DNA of 63,808 bases, filler included, from Trichomonas gallinae (taxonomy: Eukaryota), in assembly GCA_008369845.1 (NCBI GenBank). It is 10 parts of 10 records of this genome, joined end to end, with 100 filler letters (N's around TTAATTAATTAA, not from the genome) between each part and the next. Parts side by side here need not be neighbours in the genome. Positions count along the whole stretch, not along the records: positions 1 to 29,511 come from MRSU01001115.1; 9 more parts are not named here. One strand, written 5' to 3'. Made by a program: the position numbers and the translations under genes. Below are positions 1-11,135 of the stretch, one piece after another (positions within the stretch are counted from its first letter, which is position 1; each line of letters starts with the position of its first letter). The notes beneath the pieces were generated by a model. That model did no database searches and was not told the origin of the DNA. It saw only the letters and a program-made list of their open reading frames with translations.

Positions 1-120
1 AGCAAAAAATCAGCCGAGGTAGATAGCTTCAGAAACCTAAACCATCCTCACAAAAAGCGCTTACAATACATAATCCTCCCTCTCAATATTTATCGTCTAG
101 GCCTATTTTTTGATTCCACT

Positions 121-150
121 ATACCAAAAAAACCTGGTTTCTACACCTCT
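121..150. repeat. Dispersed ~30-nt repeat, copy 1 (ATACCAAAAAAACCTGGTTTCTACACCTCT); possible terminus of a repeat/transposable element
   Basis: Near-identical copy (one A fewer) at 38240-38268; both lie close to a window or contig start. Confidence 0.6.
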
Positions 151-355
151 GATATAATGGTGTATACATGATTAGGGCTGATTTGGTTCACACAATTCAT
201 AGATACGCGTTTTCGAATAATTTTGAAAAAAAATTTATGATGCAAATTTTCATCATTTTGGAGAAAAACTTTAATATTATTCATCATCTGTTGTTGATGA
301 TTTCGGAGATCTGATCGCAATCAATTCAATTTGAAAGGTGAAGAACGAATATAAA

Positions 356-1468
356 ATGTCTTATATCAATGAATTAACATTTGCTGTAGTCAATCGGTCT
401 ATGGATATGTGTGACTGGGCCAGTAGTGGTAATTTTCCACCTGGTGGATTGATCTACAGTTATACAGACAATAAATTATATTATCCAAATCATTTCGTAT
501 TCAACGATACTGACATATTATACGTTATAACGAGAAGCACATCTTCATCCGTTGATTGGCAGACCGATTTTGACCTAGAAGAAGTAAATGCAACATTTGG
601 AAACAGAACAATCAAAGCACACAGAGGATTCTACTACTCAGCCACCCATATATACCAAAATACTAAAAAATACATAAAGAATTTTACAGGAAAGAAAATA
701 ATTTTCACCGGAACGAGTTTGGGTGGAAGTGTTTCAGCAGTATTATGCCACATAGCGAATACGGATTCAGATATGGAAGGAAAAGAGATAATTGCGATTG
801 GCTCAGCAAGTGCCCCCTGCATGGAATATGTTCCCCCTCAAATACGAGAAAAAATTTTACTTTTTGTAAATCAGGACGATATCATAACAACGGTTTCTAT
901 ACCAAATATATATGACACATATAGGGACTCCATTGAAATTAATAATTTCCAAAACCAATTGCTTGATGATATTAATCAGATTAATTCAACTTCAAGTCTA
1001 TTCAATGCTGTCAAAAAGTTACTGAAACAATATATTAATGTAGTTAATGGTTTAGTGATGAAATATCACCGCGATAAAAATGCGATAAAGGTTAGATATC
1101 TTTGGGGAAACATAATGCATCTTAAAGTTAACAGTACAATTTGCTTCTTCAACCAGACATTGGTTAATGCAACTTCAATAAACAGACTGAATTTGTGGGG
1201 AACAGCCTTCGAAGATCATTCATTGTCCCAGTATCGAGCAAAAGTCAATAAGCTAGAGTTTTGTCACAGCAATGACAATGATGATTCTAATGATAAAAAC
1301 TGCGGAAATATGATCAAGCGCAAGTCACTTTATTTAGTTGTAGGAACTATGGGATTTGTTATTATTTGCCTTCTTTTAATATTAATTGTCGTAATTGTAT
1401 GTAAGAGAAAAAAGAATTTAGCAACCTATGAATTTCAACTTGCTAGTGATGGAAATGGGTTAATTTAA
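356..1468 (+). CDS. Lipase class 3 family protein with C-terminal transmembrane helix
   Basis: WQTDF lid, AHRGFY, GTSLG (GxSxG nucleophile elbow), VNQDDII, EDHSL catalytic His; hydrophobic LYLVVGTMGFVIICLLLILIVVIVC followed by KRKK. First ATG at 356 (ORF track starts at GTG 338); 5' end uncertain. Confidence 0.85.
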   Translation: MSYINELTFAVVNRSMDMCDWASSGNFPPGGLIYSYTDNKLYYPNHFVFNDTDILYVITRSTSSSVDWQTDFDLEEVNATFGNRTIKAHRGFYYSATHIYQNTKKYIKNFTGKKIIFTGTSLGGSVSAVLCHIANTDSDMEGKEIIAIGSASAPCMEYVPPQIREKILLFVNQDDIITTVSIPNIYDTYRDSIEINNFQNQLLDDINQINSTSSLFNAVKKLLKQYINVVNGLVMKYHRDKNAIKVRYLWGNIMHLKVNSTICFFNQTLVNATSINRLNLWGTAFEDHSLSQYRAKVNKLEFCHSNDNDDSNDKNCGNMIKRKSLYLVVGTMGFVIICLLLILIVVIVCKRKKNLATYEFQLASDGNGLI

Positions 1469-1632
1469 TGCAGTTAAGGAATAGAATTATATAATTGCAA
1501 TATTTAAAATATTATATGTTATTTTAAAGTCTTTCACATAACTATTTTGATATGATATTTTTTCTTTTAAAATGTCAATAGACTTGCAATGATAAATAGG
1601 GTGATATTTAAAAAAAAAATAGAAAATAAGCG

Positions 1633-4600
1633 TTAATTATAATTATTGTGATTATCAGACAGAAGCGTCTTCAATAAATTTTCGCATGTCTTTTGATATC
1701 TGTATACTTTGGATCCAAAAACATTCGAAATTATTGAGCCAGTTTTGCTGACTTCAAACATTTCTACACTTTCGAGGTTATCTTGGGATAAACATTTAAT
1801 ATCTTGTCCAGTAATTCTGTAAACTCTAATTGCATATTGGTTCTCATAAGGAATTCCAATAGCGACACATTCAATGCAAGAGAAAAGAACGCATTTTCTC
1901 GCTGAAATGATTTGTTCTGTCTTAATTTCAGAAATAAGTGTTCCAATGCAATCATAAACAACAATCTTAGATTCTCCAACGCAAGCAACACATCCGCTCT
2001 TGTAGACGAACAATCCATTAGTGACATCAACGCCACTGATCATTGTTATAAAATCGCCCTGAATGTTTGCAAAAATTATTGTATTATCGACATCGACACT
2101 GCATATCAAACCGCAATCAACCGACATTGCGAGTTTCTTGACTTCGCAAGTATGATAATTCATCGTTTTGATTTCCTTGCGACCAGGCAATGACCAGATA
2201 TGCACATCACCAACGTTCCCACCTGTTAGCAAAATTCTGTTTCCCGCAACATAAGCAGTTGTAACTAAAGAAGTAACATGGCAAACATAATTGATTGTTT
2301 TCTCATCAATGTCATAAACGATGACGAATGGTTCGTAAGACTCGGAGTCTTTTTCATTCAAATAAACAATCAAATTCAAATTAGGAGAAACGCCAGCAAT
2401 GTTTCTTGTTACCAAACAACCATCGGATATTATACCATTGTATAATATTTCTCCATTGCTAGATATAATTAATTGTTTCTTGAAATAGATAATATCGTGT
2501 CCAGATGATGATAGATCTTTTTGAGATGTTGTATCAATTATTTCATTCTTATGTGTATGTGATTCATCAAACAATTGAGAGATTGGACACCAAACAGTGT
2601 CGTATGAATACTTCATTTCTTCACTTTGTTTGTTGTGCAAAAATTCGCCGCATATTTTATTTCCTCTGTTAATTCCATACATTATATCGATCCATTTGTG
2701 AATGAATTCGCTCGAATCTTTTTCAAGGAACAATTTGTGCAGCTCAATGAAGTTTTTGGCATTGCAGAACCTGTTGGCAGATGGCAAGATTGCCCAATTT
2801 GGCAGCATTACATCACCTACGATATTAGGATCATAATGCTTCCATAGTTGTTTTTTGTATCTGTTTACCAGGAACTGATAAAACGAGAAATATTCGGGCA
2901 CACATTCTGTTTTGTCCGTTTTGATAATTTTAGTGAACATTCTATTTTCATGATCCAAGCCATCCTGGAAATATTTATATGCGCTGTAGATTGGGTCCAA
3001 TCTATAGAAATTCCATAATCCATGATAAAGGTTCATATATCCGTAGAGGTCGGTAATTTTATCCTCTATATATCTCTTTAAATTTTCATCAGTAATGTTT
3101 GCTTTTCCAAAATCGCGTTTTTTCATTTGATCAAAATCGTCGAATATCCATGGGAAGAATGGATATGCTGACATGTTGTTGAATGATCTGCCGCACAAGA
3201 TGTTTAAGTAGCTGAGGTACTCAAACGTTGATAATTTGCCTTCCGCCCACAAGCTTTGAATGTCCAGTTTTTTGACGAGAAGTGGTAAGTTGTTGATCTT
3301 ATATACGATGTGATTCTGGTTTACCTTTCTCAAAGAAGCAAAGAAGTCAAACTTGTTATTGATGACAGGAATTCTCGATTTGTCAGATTCTATCCAAAGT
3401 TTATCAAGTTCATCGACAAATTCGTCTCGTTTTTCTTTATTCGCATGGATCATGAACAAAGGAGGCTTGTAAGCACTGAATATTTCACAAGCGATGTCTT
3501 CTTCTAAATACTTCCTTAAAATGATGAATTCTATTTCGTCGATTCTTAAATCCTCGTAAAAGTGGTTGTTTTTATTAGAAACGCCTTCAAATGTAAGTTT
3601 GTAGTAGCTGCTGCAGCTGTCGGTTGTTTGATTTGGTCGTTCTTGTTTGTAATTTGTAATTGTTTCTTGTCCGGAATAAATTCCTTTGATTGAACAAACC
3701 TTTGTTTGATTTGATTTCGCTTGCTTAAAATCGAGCTCGATGTCACCATTTGTGTTATCAATCTCCATCAGCGATCTTCCGCCTCTTCTGTTGACGAAAG
3801 AAGAAATGATGAAGACTGGTTTTTCATTGATATCATGCATACATGATCCGTTTGTTCTCATTTTTAATAAGATTTCGTTAATTTTATGTTCATGGAATTC
3901 TTCACCCCTTAATGTCAATGATGTGTTGTATGCATCAGAATATTTCTTGTAAGCCAAATTAAGGTTAGACTTTAACAAAGCCTCGAATGGGCTTTGATTT
4001 TGGTTTTGTTTCATTCCATGTTGAATAAACTCAATATATGATTTGAAGTTGTCGCCAATCTTATTGATATTTTTGGCTAATCCTTTCATAAACTTGTTGT
4101 TATCAAGTTTTGTTGTGAAATAATCAACAGCTAAAATGGATTCATTGTGATATCTTGCAATTCTGTCTGGTAATGAGCTTAAAATTCTCGTCAAATTGGA
4201 TATGCATTGCATTTGTATTCCTAAAGGACAATACTGCATGCTTTCGATGATCTTGTTGACATAATAAAGTGTTTCTTCTTCTTTTGCAATTTGAGAGAAT
4301 TCATAAAGAATGTCGATGAACAAGTAAATCATTTCAAAAGATTCGTTGAAAATATTTACCTGTTTTCCATCATAATACTCAATGGTGTCTAAGACTAATT
4401 TGATTAAAGTCTCATCTCTTGCATAATATTCTTCTATCGAAACTTCGGTTCCAATTGTTATGATTTCAATGAATGAACAATCAAGAGTTTTGTTTTGTTT
4501 CGAAGATAGATTATAATTAAGTTTAATGAGTGGAGTAGCGACTGACAACAAACTATCAATGTATCCTTTCATGCATTCAGTTGGAATATTTTTAAGAATA

Positions 4601-7600
4601 TTAATTTCGAATGATTCCCAATTTAACATATTTTGTTTGTTTTCTATAATCGAAAAGTATTCAATTGTTCTGAAAACATCAAAAACTAAATTAAAATGAT
4701 GCTTCAATATCAAGATAAATGGATTTATATCATATGTCATTGATACTTTCATGAAATTCAACAAGAAGAAACACCAATGATTGCATTTGACAAAAATGTC
4801 AACAATAGTTTTGTCATTTAATTTTTCGCAGATCCATTCTATTGCTTCTGTAGGTTTTTCTCTGTTCATAAATGTCTTGAATAACAGAGGAATTGTCAAT
4901 GGCGACATAATTAAATTTTCTTTGTGCTTTTCATCAATGTATTTTCCGTCTGGAGCATATGTCATAATCAAAGCAGTTATTAACGCGATTTTTTGCAACT
5001 TTTCAGCTGACTGTTCCATATTGTTAAATTTCTGGAATAGTTTAATGAAATTATCCAAGCAGATGTTTTGAACTTCAGTGTCTTCGAATGTTATCATGAA
5101 CATCCACGGCAAGAAACAAACTTCAATGTCGTTTTCGCATTTCTTGAACAAAACAAACTGTTCGTTGTCAAGAATTGGCTGAATGTCGCTGAGTTTGATA
5201 CTATCTCTGTACCACATCGGATATGCGATAATGAATGATTTGTCGACGTCGAATTCTGGATTGATAATCAGCATTTTTGCAAATTCAATTGCTTCGGTCA
5301 TATTTTTGACTAAGGCGCCAGCGAAATATGTCATAACCGCTTCTCTATTGTAAAAAAGCTTTTGAACTTTATTGTATGCATTCATAGTATAATCATTAAT
5401 GAAATTTGGGAATTGATTTTGAATGTATTCAACAAAATCGATGTTAAGGAAAAATGCAGCTGCAACTTTATCTGCTATATTTGTATACAGTAACTGTATT
5501 GCTGCATGTAGGAAATCTCCGTCAATGAATTCCAATTTCAGTTTTGTTAAATAGGAAGCTATATAGCTGAAGTAATCTTTTCTGTTGAATTCTGTGCTTA
5601 AATCATCGAAATGGTCTAAAAGAATCTTGAAAATTTTCAGGAAGACAACTGCGATGTTTTCTGTTCCTTTTGTATTGTAAGAAAATTCGCAGTATCTTTG
5701 GACCATAGGAACTAGTGTGAAAAGATTGTCAGCATCCCTTAATATGTCAATGATTGTGTTATGAGCTGCAGAAATTGTTCCATTGAATGTTGCGGTTAAA
5801 TCATAATGTTCGCAATCGATATTATGTATTTTATCGGATTTCACGAAAAATGGTGAATAATTTCTGATAATTTGTTGGTCTTTAGTGATTTTGATTTCTG
5901 ATATCGAGCAATCCAAAGAACTTTCAGTGACTAAATTTGATGCTATTCCAATCTTTTCAATGGAATTGACAAGACTATAATTAGTGGAAAAGCTTTTTTC
6001 TTCAATTGTTAATATAACTTGTGAATCATTGAATTCAATTGATAAACCTGTCCATTTTTTGCTGAAAATTGTTGGCGCATCATTCTGATCATTTATATAA
6101 TTTTCACCAATTTTAACGTGTACTTTAAACTCGTTTTCACCTTGGCCAGATGAAATTTGTTCTAATAAAATTTGCAGATTGTTGTTATCATTATTCGTTT
6201 TAAGGGAAAACAATGGGTAATAGTATTTTAAGCTATGATCATTTAAGTAAATCATGAATTCGATTTTTGTGTTTTCCGTGATTTTAAGTTCCTTTGATTC
6301 ATCAATTAGACATGTTTTATTTTTAGCAAAAACGAAGGACCATTGATCTGTTTGCATCAAGTTTTGCTGTACCAGGTTCTTGAACATGTTGAATATTTTG
6401 TCTGTGAATTTGAAATCAATTTTTTCAAGCGTTCTGTAAAGCTTGTTAAACATTACTGTCGTGAACTCGTTGACGCAAAGAGTTTCCATGAATTCTATTG
6501 TTGGATCTAATAGTTCTTCCTTGCAGCTCATTAAATTCTCGAGAGCGAAAGTGAAGCCGCCTTCAGAGATTAACTTCTCAGCGTTTGCCTTATTCTTGCC
6601 ATATTCAATAAAACTGTTCGTGATTTTTAGTTCATTTTTAGTGTCTTTGGCGAGTTGTATGAGGACTTGAATAGCTGCTGGAACATATATTATTGATGAT
6701 GTATCAGGGCAAAGCAATTTAGTAAAATGTTGAATTAAATCTGATTTTTTGTCACAGTCGATTAAATCGATAATACTGCTTGCTTTGATCTTCCTTATCT
6801 GCGTGAAGTACTTAGAGTTGGATGATGCCCAAATTGCCAATAAATCTACGATTTCAATTTGATTTCCTTTAATTTTGGCTTGTTTTACTGCAATTTTAAC
6901 GATTTCATCAGGATCAAAGTCAATATTTGATTTTGATATGTAGCTATTGATGATAATCTTAATCATGTTATTGGAAATAGTTGAATCATCAGATTGAAAT
7001 CCTTTGATAATTGTGTTGTTCAGGATATTATTGAAAGAATAAGATAATCTAACAATATCATTGAATGTCTTTTGATTGTCAAACATCCTATGCTCGAGTA
7101 ATTGAACAAAAATATATTCATTATTTGATTTCAGTGGAATTATTAGATTTGGATATTTTAACATCAAGTACCTAAGATAATCATAAATGAAATTGTTAGT
7201 CATTGCTAATTTTGCTAGCTTTATCAACAAATTTGTTGATGATTTAACAAATTGTTCGAATTTTTCTTGATCTGGACGAATAAAATCTATAAATATTGGA
7301 TATAAATGATAGAACACGACATCTTCATTCATTATCGAGGAAATTTTTTCTGGGATATCATTTCTCTGGAAGTAATATTTATGAAGCATATAAATCAAGT
7401 AACTTTGTGCATCCTTGTTATAATTAGTAGAGAAGAACTGTTTGGTGATTAAAGATGAAATTCCTTCAGATAAAATTAAATTATCTGTTGGATCTGGATA
7501 AATTAGATAAGAAAATAATAATATGACCTTATTAAGACGTAACAGATCTGTGTTTTCTAGATTTTTGATAAATAATTCAAAATAAATTTGATAATTTGTG

Positions 7601-8649
7601 ATTGAAGAAACAAAATGTCTGAATTCTGTGACAAAATTTGTGGCTAGCTCATTTAATTGTGGTATTTTATAAGTTGGAATACAAATCGTATCTTTTGAAT
7701 TAATATATGAATTGAAATCAGGATTATCTAATGTATATGTTGTAACTGGTATAGAAAGTTTCTGATCTAATTCTATGTCTGGTAGGAACTTTAACCAAAG
7801 CTCAAAAATTGAATTAATCACATCCGCTGATGTAGAATTTCTCTTGAGCTTATTTATGGCAAATACGATTAGTTTCATTCGATTTTGTCGAACTTCCTCT
7901 TGAATTTTAGCCAATTTCAAAATAATCTTTGAATAGACGTCATCGTTTAATTTCGGATAACTAGATGAGCTTATAATACCAAGTAATTTCTCGAGACTTG
8001 CTTCATCTGCTAATTTAGATGGATCCAAATCTAGGAAAAATAAAATGAATCGTGAAGACGCCTCAAACATTTCGGTATATTCATATTTATCACCAATCTG
8101 ATCCAAAAACTTATAAAAAATATCAAAAACTGTTAAAATGTAACTCTGATAAATTTCAATTTCTTCCATTTTTGTAACTAGAAAGTTAATTATTGATACT
8201 ATTGGTTTTAAGTACTTTGTCATGTTTTGTGGACTGATTTGATGTTTTTCTGTTAAAATTGATTGAATAAATTCGAAATATTTCGAGAAAACGTTATCTA
8301 GGCCAAATAATCTGTTAGTAAATTTCTCTTCCTTAAGTATTTGAACAAGGTTTTGATCAATTCGTATTAATTCTCGATTCAAGATAACCAATAAATCGTT
8401 ACCATTGTCATTGGTACGATAATTTGTAACTAAATCGAATATGTTAAGTTCTGATTCGACGAAATCTATCATTAAATTGAAAGCTGTAGAAATATCATCT
8501 TTATCGAGCTTTGAATTTTTGGTTTTTAGAGCATCAGGCAACTGATCTGCCACAGTGCCCAGCTTCTTTAGCTTTTCTGTGAAACAAGAAATGATATAAT
8601 TGCGATATTCGTCATTCATTGATAAAAATTTTGATGGAAATTTTAACAT
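1633..8649 (-). CDS. Beige/BEACH domain protein (helical N-terminus, LamG/ConA-like middle, PH-BEACH-WD40 C-terminus), 2338 aa
   Basis: WAEGKLSTFEYLSYLNILCGRSFNNMSAYPFFPWI, ECVPEYF, LPNWA, IHKWIDIMYG BEACH motifs, then WD40-like repeats. Confidence 0.92.
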   Translation of the reverse strand: MLKFPSKFLSMNDEYRNYIISCFTEKLKKLGTVADQLPDALKTKNSKLDKDDISTAFNLMIDFVESELNIFDLVTNYRTNDNGNDLLVILNRELIRIDQNLVQILKEEKFTNRLFGLDNVFSKYFEFIQSILTEKHQISPQNMTKYLKPIVSIINFLVTKMEEIEIYQSYILTVFDIFYKFLDQIGDKYEYTEMFEASSRFILFFLDLDPSKLADEASLEKLLGIISSSSYPKLNDDVYSKIILKLAKIQEEVRQNRMKLIVFAINKLKRNSTSADVINSIFELWLKFLPDIELDQKLSIPVTTYTLDNPDFNSYINSKDTICIPTYKIPQLNELATNFVTEFRHFVSSITNYQIYFELFIKNLENTDLLRLNKVILLFSYLIYPDPTDNLILSEGISSLITKQFFSTNYNKDAQSYLIYMLHKYYFQRNDIPEKISSIMNEDVVFYHLYPIFIDFIRPDQEKFEQFVKSSTNLLIKLAKLAMTNNFIYDYLRYLMLKYPNLIIPLKSNNEYIFVQLLEHRMFDNQKTFNDIVRLSYSFNNILNNTIIKGFQSDDSTISNNMIKIIINSYISKSNIDFDPDEIVKIAVKQAKIKGNQIEIVDLLAIWASSNSKYFTQIRKIKASSIIDLIDCDKKSDLIQHFTKLLCPDTSSIIYVPAAIQVLIQLAKDTKNELKITNSFIEYGKNKANAEKLISEGGFTFALENLMSCKEELLDPTIEFMETLCVNEFTTVMFNKLYRTLEKIDFKFTDKIFNMFKNLVQQNLMQTDQWSFVFAKNKTCLIDESKELKITENTKIEFMIYLNDHSLKYYYPLFSLKTNNDNNNLQILLEQISSGQGENEFKVHVKIGENYINDQNDAPTIFSKKWTGLSIEFNDSQVILTIEEKSFSTNYSLVNSIEKIGIASNLVTESSLDCSISEIKITKDQQIIRNYSPFFVKSDKIHNIDCEHYDLTATFNGTISAAHNTIIDILRDADNLFTLVPMVQRYCEFSYNTKGTENIAVVFLKIFKILLDHFDDLSTEFNRKDYFSYIASYLTKLKLEFIDGDFLHAAIQLLYTNIADKVAAAFFLNIDFVEYIQNQFPNFINDYTMNAYNKVQKLFYNREAVMTYFAGALVKNMTEAIEFAKMLIINPEFDVDKSFIIAYPMWYRDSIKLSDIQPILDNEQFVLFKKCENDIEVCFLPWMFMITFEDTEVQNICLDNFIKLFQKFNNMEQSAEKLQKIALITALIMTYAPDGKYIDEKHKENLIMSPLTIPLLFKTFMNREKPTEAIEWICEKLNDKTIVDIFVKCNHWCFFLLNFMKVSMTYDINPFILILKHHFNLVFDVFRTIEYFSIIENKQNMLNWESFEINILKNIPTECMKGYIDSLLSVATPLIKLNYNLSSKQNKTLDCSFIEIITIGTEVSIEEYYARDETLIKLVLDTIEYYDGKQVNIFNESFEMIYLFIDILYEFSQIAKEEETLYYVNKIIESMQYCPLGIQMQCISNLTRILSSLPDRIARYHNESILAVDYFTTKLDNNKFMKGLAKNINKIGDNFKSYIEFIQHGMKQNQNQSPFEALLKSNLNLAYKKYSDAYNTSLTLRGEEFHEHKINEILLKMRTNGSCMHDINEKPVFIISSFVNRRGGRSLMEIDNTNGDIELDFKQAKSNQTKVCSIKGIYSGQETITNYKQERPNQTTDSCSSYYKLTFEGVSNKNNHFYEDLRIDEIEFIILRKYLEEDIACEIFSAYKPPLFMIHANKEKRDEFVDELDKLWIESDKSRIPVINNKFDFFASLRKVNQNHIVYKINNLPLLVKKLDIQSLWAEGKLSTFEYLSYLNILCGRSFNNMSAYPFFPWIFDDFDQMKKRDFGKANITDENLKRYIEDKITDLYGYMNLYHGLWNFYRLDPIYSAYKYFQDGLDHENRMFTKIIKTDKTECVPEYFSFYQFLVNRYKKQLWKHYDPNIVGDVMLPNWAILPSANRFCNAKNFIELHKLFLEKDSSEFIHKWIDIMYGINRGNKICGEFLHNKQSEEMKYSYDTVWCPISQLFDESHTHKNEIIDTTSQKDLSSSGHDIIYFKKQLIISSNGEILYNGIISDGCLVTRNIAGVSPNLNLIVYLNEKDSESYEPFVIVYDIDEKTINYVCHVTSLVTTAYVAGNRILLTGGNVGDVHIWSLPGRKEIKTMNYHTCEVKKLAMSVDCGLICSVDVDNTIIFANIQGDFITMISGVDVTNGLFVYKSGCVACVGESKIVVYDCIGTLISEIKTEQIISARKCVLFSCIECVAIGIPYENQYAIRVYRITGQDIKCLSQDNLESVEMFEVSKTGSIISNVFGSKVYRYQKTCENLLKTLLSDNHNNYN

Positions 8650-9471
8650 TTATTTAGTGTCTGTACAATGACCTCATTTCTGACATTAGGGTCTATCGTT
8701 CAATCAGAATAAACATGATTAAAAAACACGTTCTAACTATGTATTGAAAAATTAATCAAATATTAAGATTTTGGCGGACGAATTATATCAACAGTCGTCT
8801 TCTGGCAAATTTTTTAAAAAAATTTGTTTTGGAAAGTTTTCTATTCCGATCAAACTATCACCAGGGAGTCATATAAACGAAAATTTCCATAATCAGTAAC
8901 ATATGGTAAAATGTATGGACCATGATTTTTTTACCAAAAGTATTTACGCAAAAGTATTTACATGACAGATTGTCATATTTAGGGAATGTTTGTATGATAT
9001 ACATGTCAGATTATTTCACTTTTTGTCAAAATTTTTCTAGACGTTTTTGCCACAAACATTGTTAGCAAAAAGTGAAACGAATACAATGTTTAAAATACTC
9101 ATCAAATGTGGCAAAGTAATCATTATATCTGTCATATAATCTTATAAGAGATAATTGCTATCTATCACTTTAATTTGTCATGTAAAGTATTTAATGTCAA
9201 AAAATGTCGCTCCTTTCCATAAACTGGTCTTCCAAACAAAATTCTTCCAAATCAAGAATGTAGATACTGTATGATCATAATGGTCACATACTAGAAAATC
9301 TCAAAAAGCTATATGAGATTCTAGCCAAATAACTGAAAATAATATTTTTTAGTGATAAATCATTATTTTTGAATGATACCATGTTTTCTGCGGATTTCTG
9401 TCATTAGAAAGCCATGTGTCATTGATATTATCTAAAATGTCAAAAATTTATGTACGTTTAGCTAAACAAAA

Positions 9472-11052
9472 ATGAGTTCACGAAAATCACCACTAAAAGT
9501 TAGGAATCCTCGAGAAAATCAGAATCCAAACAACTCTTCTACGCCTACTAAAAAGTCTCCAATGAAAGAAACGAAAGATGAACAAGCGAAAAACAATGAA
9601 CCAAATAAAAATGAATCAGATGATGATAAAATCAAGGTTTACTTGCGCGTAAGACCATTAATCAATGATGAAAATTCCATGGACTTGACATTAGATGATA
9701 ATACAATTACAATTCGTCCACCAAAATCGAAAAACTCCTCCTACTTCTGTGTTGACAAATCTTTCAAGTTTAGAGGCATACTTAACTCACATGCAAATCA
9801 GCAACAAGTGTTTGAACTCGTTGCTGCCGATCTTCTCGAGAATTTCTTGACTGGCTCTGATGTACACATTTTCTGCTATGGAAGCACAAACGCTGGTAAA
9901 ACATATACTGTTAATGGTACTGAAGACGATCCAGGCTTGCTCTATCGCGTATTAAATCAGATTGTTCCTCCAATTTTAGAAAATAATTCGGAAACAGCGA
10001 AACTTTATGCTTCATTCAATGAAATTTACAATGAAAGAATCTATGACTTGCTTTCAGATAAGAAAGACTCATTATCGATCGGATTCAATGTTATGGGCGA
10101 CACAGAGATCAAAGGATGCATCGAAATACCAATAGAAACAGTCGAAGACATCAAAACTGTTGTTCAGAAAGGGATTGAGTGCAGACACAAAGGAACAACA
10201 GAGTTTAATCTTGATTCATCAAGATCTCATTCTATCTTCAGATTAAAGCTTGCAACAGAAACAGGATACTCATGGCTGTCAATTGTCGATCTTGCAGGCT
10301 CTGAACGTCTTTCTGTGATGAATTCTGGAATCGGCTCATTCAAAGAAGCGTGCAACATAAACAAAGGCATGTTGGTTCTTGGAAAGTGCATCAGATGCTT
10401 GAAGGAACAAGGTAAATCATCGCAAAAAATCCCAATTCCATATCGTGAATCAAAATTAACGCATATTTTCAAGAATTTGTTTGAGCCAACAAGGAGACAA
10501 GCTAAGGCTGCAATCATCATCAATGTTTCTCCTAATATAACTCAAATCGAAGATACAATCTTTTCTTTGCAATTCGCAGCAGAAGCTTCTGAGTGTTCCA
10601 TTAGACAGGTCTCTCGTCCCCAAGACATTCCAGGTGCAAACGATCCTAATGCGAACATTCTCAGAGAGTCAAGCACTGTTTTATTCTTTGATGACTCCCC
10701 AGAGACTATTGAGCGCCGAATTAGGCTGGAAATTGGCAAATGCATGGAAGAAACACTCCTTCAGCTCAAAATGCAATATGAATTTGATATCCAACAAAAA
10801 ATCCAATTGATTGCAAGGACGCCGAATAAAGATGCTTTGAACAAAGAAGCACCAGAAGTTATTAATACTTATCTTAACCGTTTGCAAGCGATCACAGATC
10901 AAAATACAAATCTCGAAAAGCAGATTGCCGAGGTATCAAAGGAGCAAGACCAGCTGATGCAGCAGCGCGATAAGCAGCTATCTGAAATCCAAGAAATTGA
11001 AGATCAAATGAAAGAGTTGAAATTAACCTTAGATGTGATGTCAAATTTGTAA
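9472..11052 (+). CDS. Kinesin motor domain protein (kinesin-6-like) with C-terminal coiled coil
   Basis: KVYLRVRP, P-loop GSTNAGKTYT, EIYNERIYDLL, SSRSHSIF, DLAGSER, IPYRESKLT. Confidence 0.95.
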   Translation: MSSRKSPLKVRNPRENQNPNNSSTPTKKSPMKETKDEQAKNNEPNKNESDDDKIKVYLRVRPLINDENSMDLTLDDNTITIRPPKSKNSSYFCVDKSFKFRGILNSHANQQQVFELVAADLLENFLTGSDVHIFCYGSTNAGKTYTVNGTEDDPGLLYRVLNQIVPPILENNSETAKLYASFNEIYNERIYDLLSDKKDSLSIGFNVMGDTEIKGCIEIPIETVEDIKTVVQKGIECRHKGTTEFNLDSSRSHSIFRLKLATETGYSWLSIVDLAGSERLSVMNSGIGSFKEACNINKGMLVLGKCIRCLKEQGKSSQKIPIPYRESKLTHIFKNLFEPTRRQAKAAIIINVSPNITQIEDTIFSLQFAAEASECSIRQVSRPQDIPGANDPNANILRESSTVLFFDDSPETIERRIRLEIGKCMEETLLQLKMQYEFDIQQKIQLIARTPNKDALNKEAPEVINTYLNRLQAITDQNTNLEKQIAEVSKEQDQLMQQRDKQLSEIQEIEDQMKELKLTLDVMSNL

Positions 11053-11135
11053 ATATTTATGTTTATTTTGTAAACCTTTCAATTTTCGATTGTAAACTAT
11101 TGAAAATATTTTTTGTAAATAATTTAGAATTTTTG

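Noticed and set aside
224..355. Possible longer N-terminus or signal peptide for the lipase
   Set aside because: In-frame TAA (272) and TGA (332) and only an out-of-frame ATG at 237; cannot be supported without homologues
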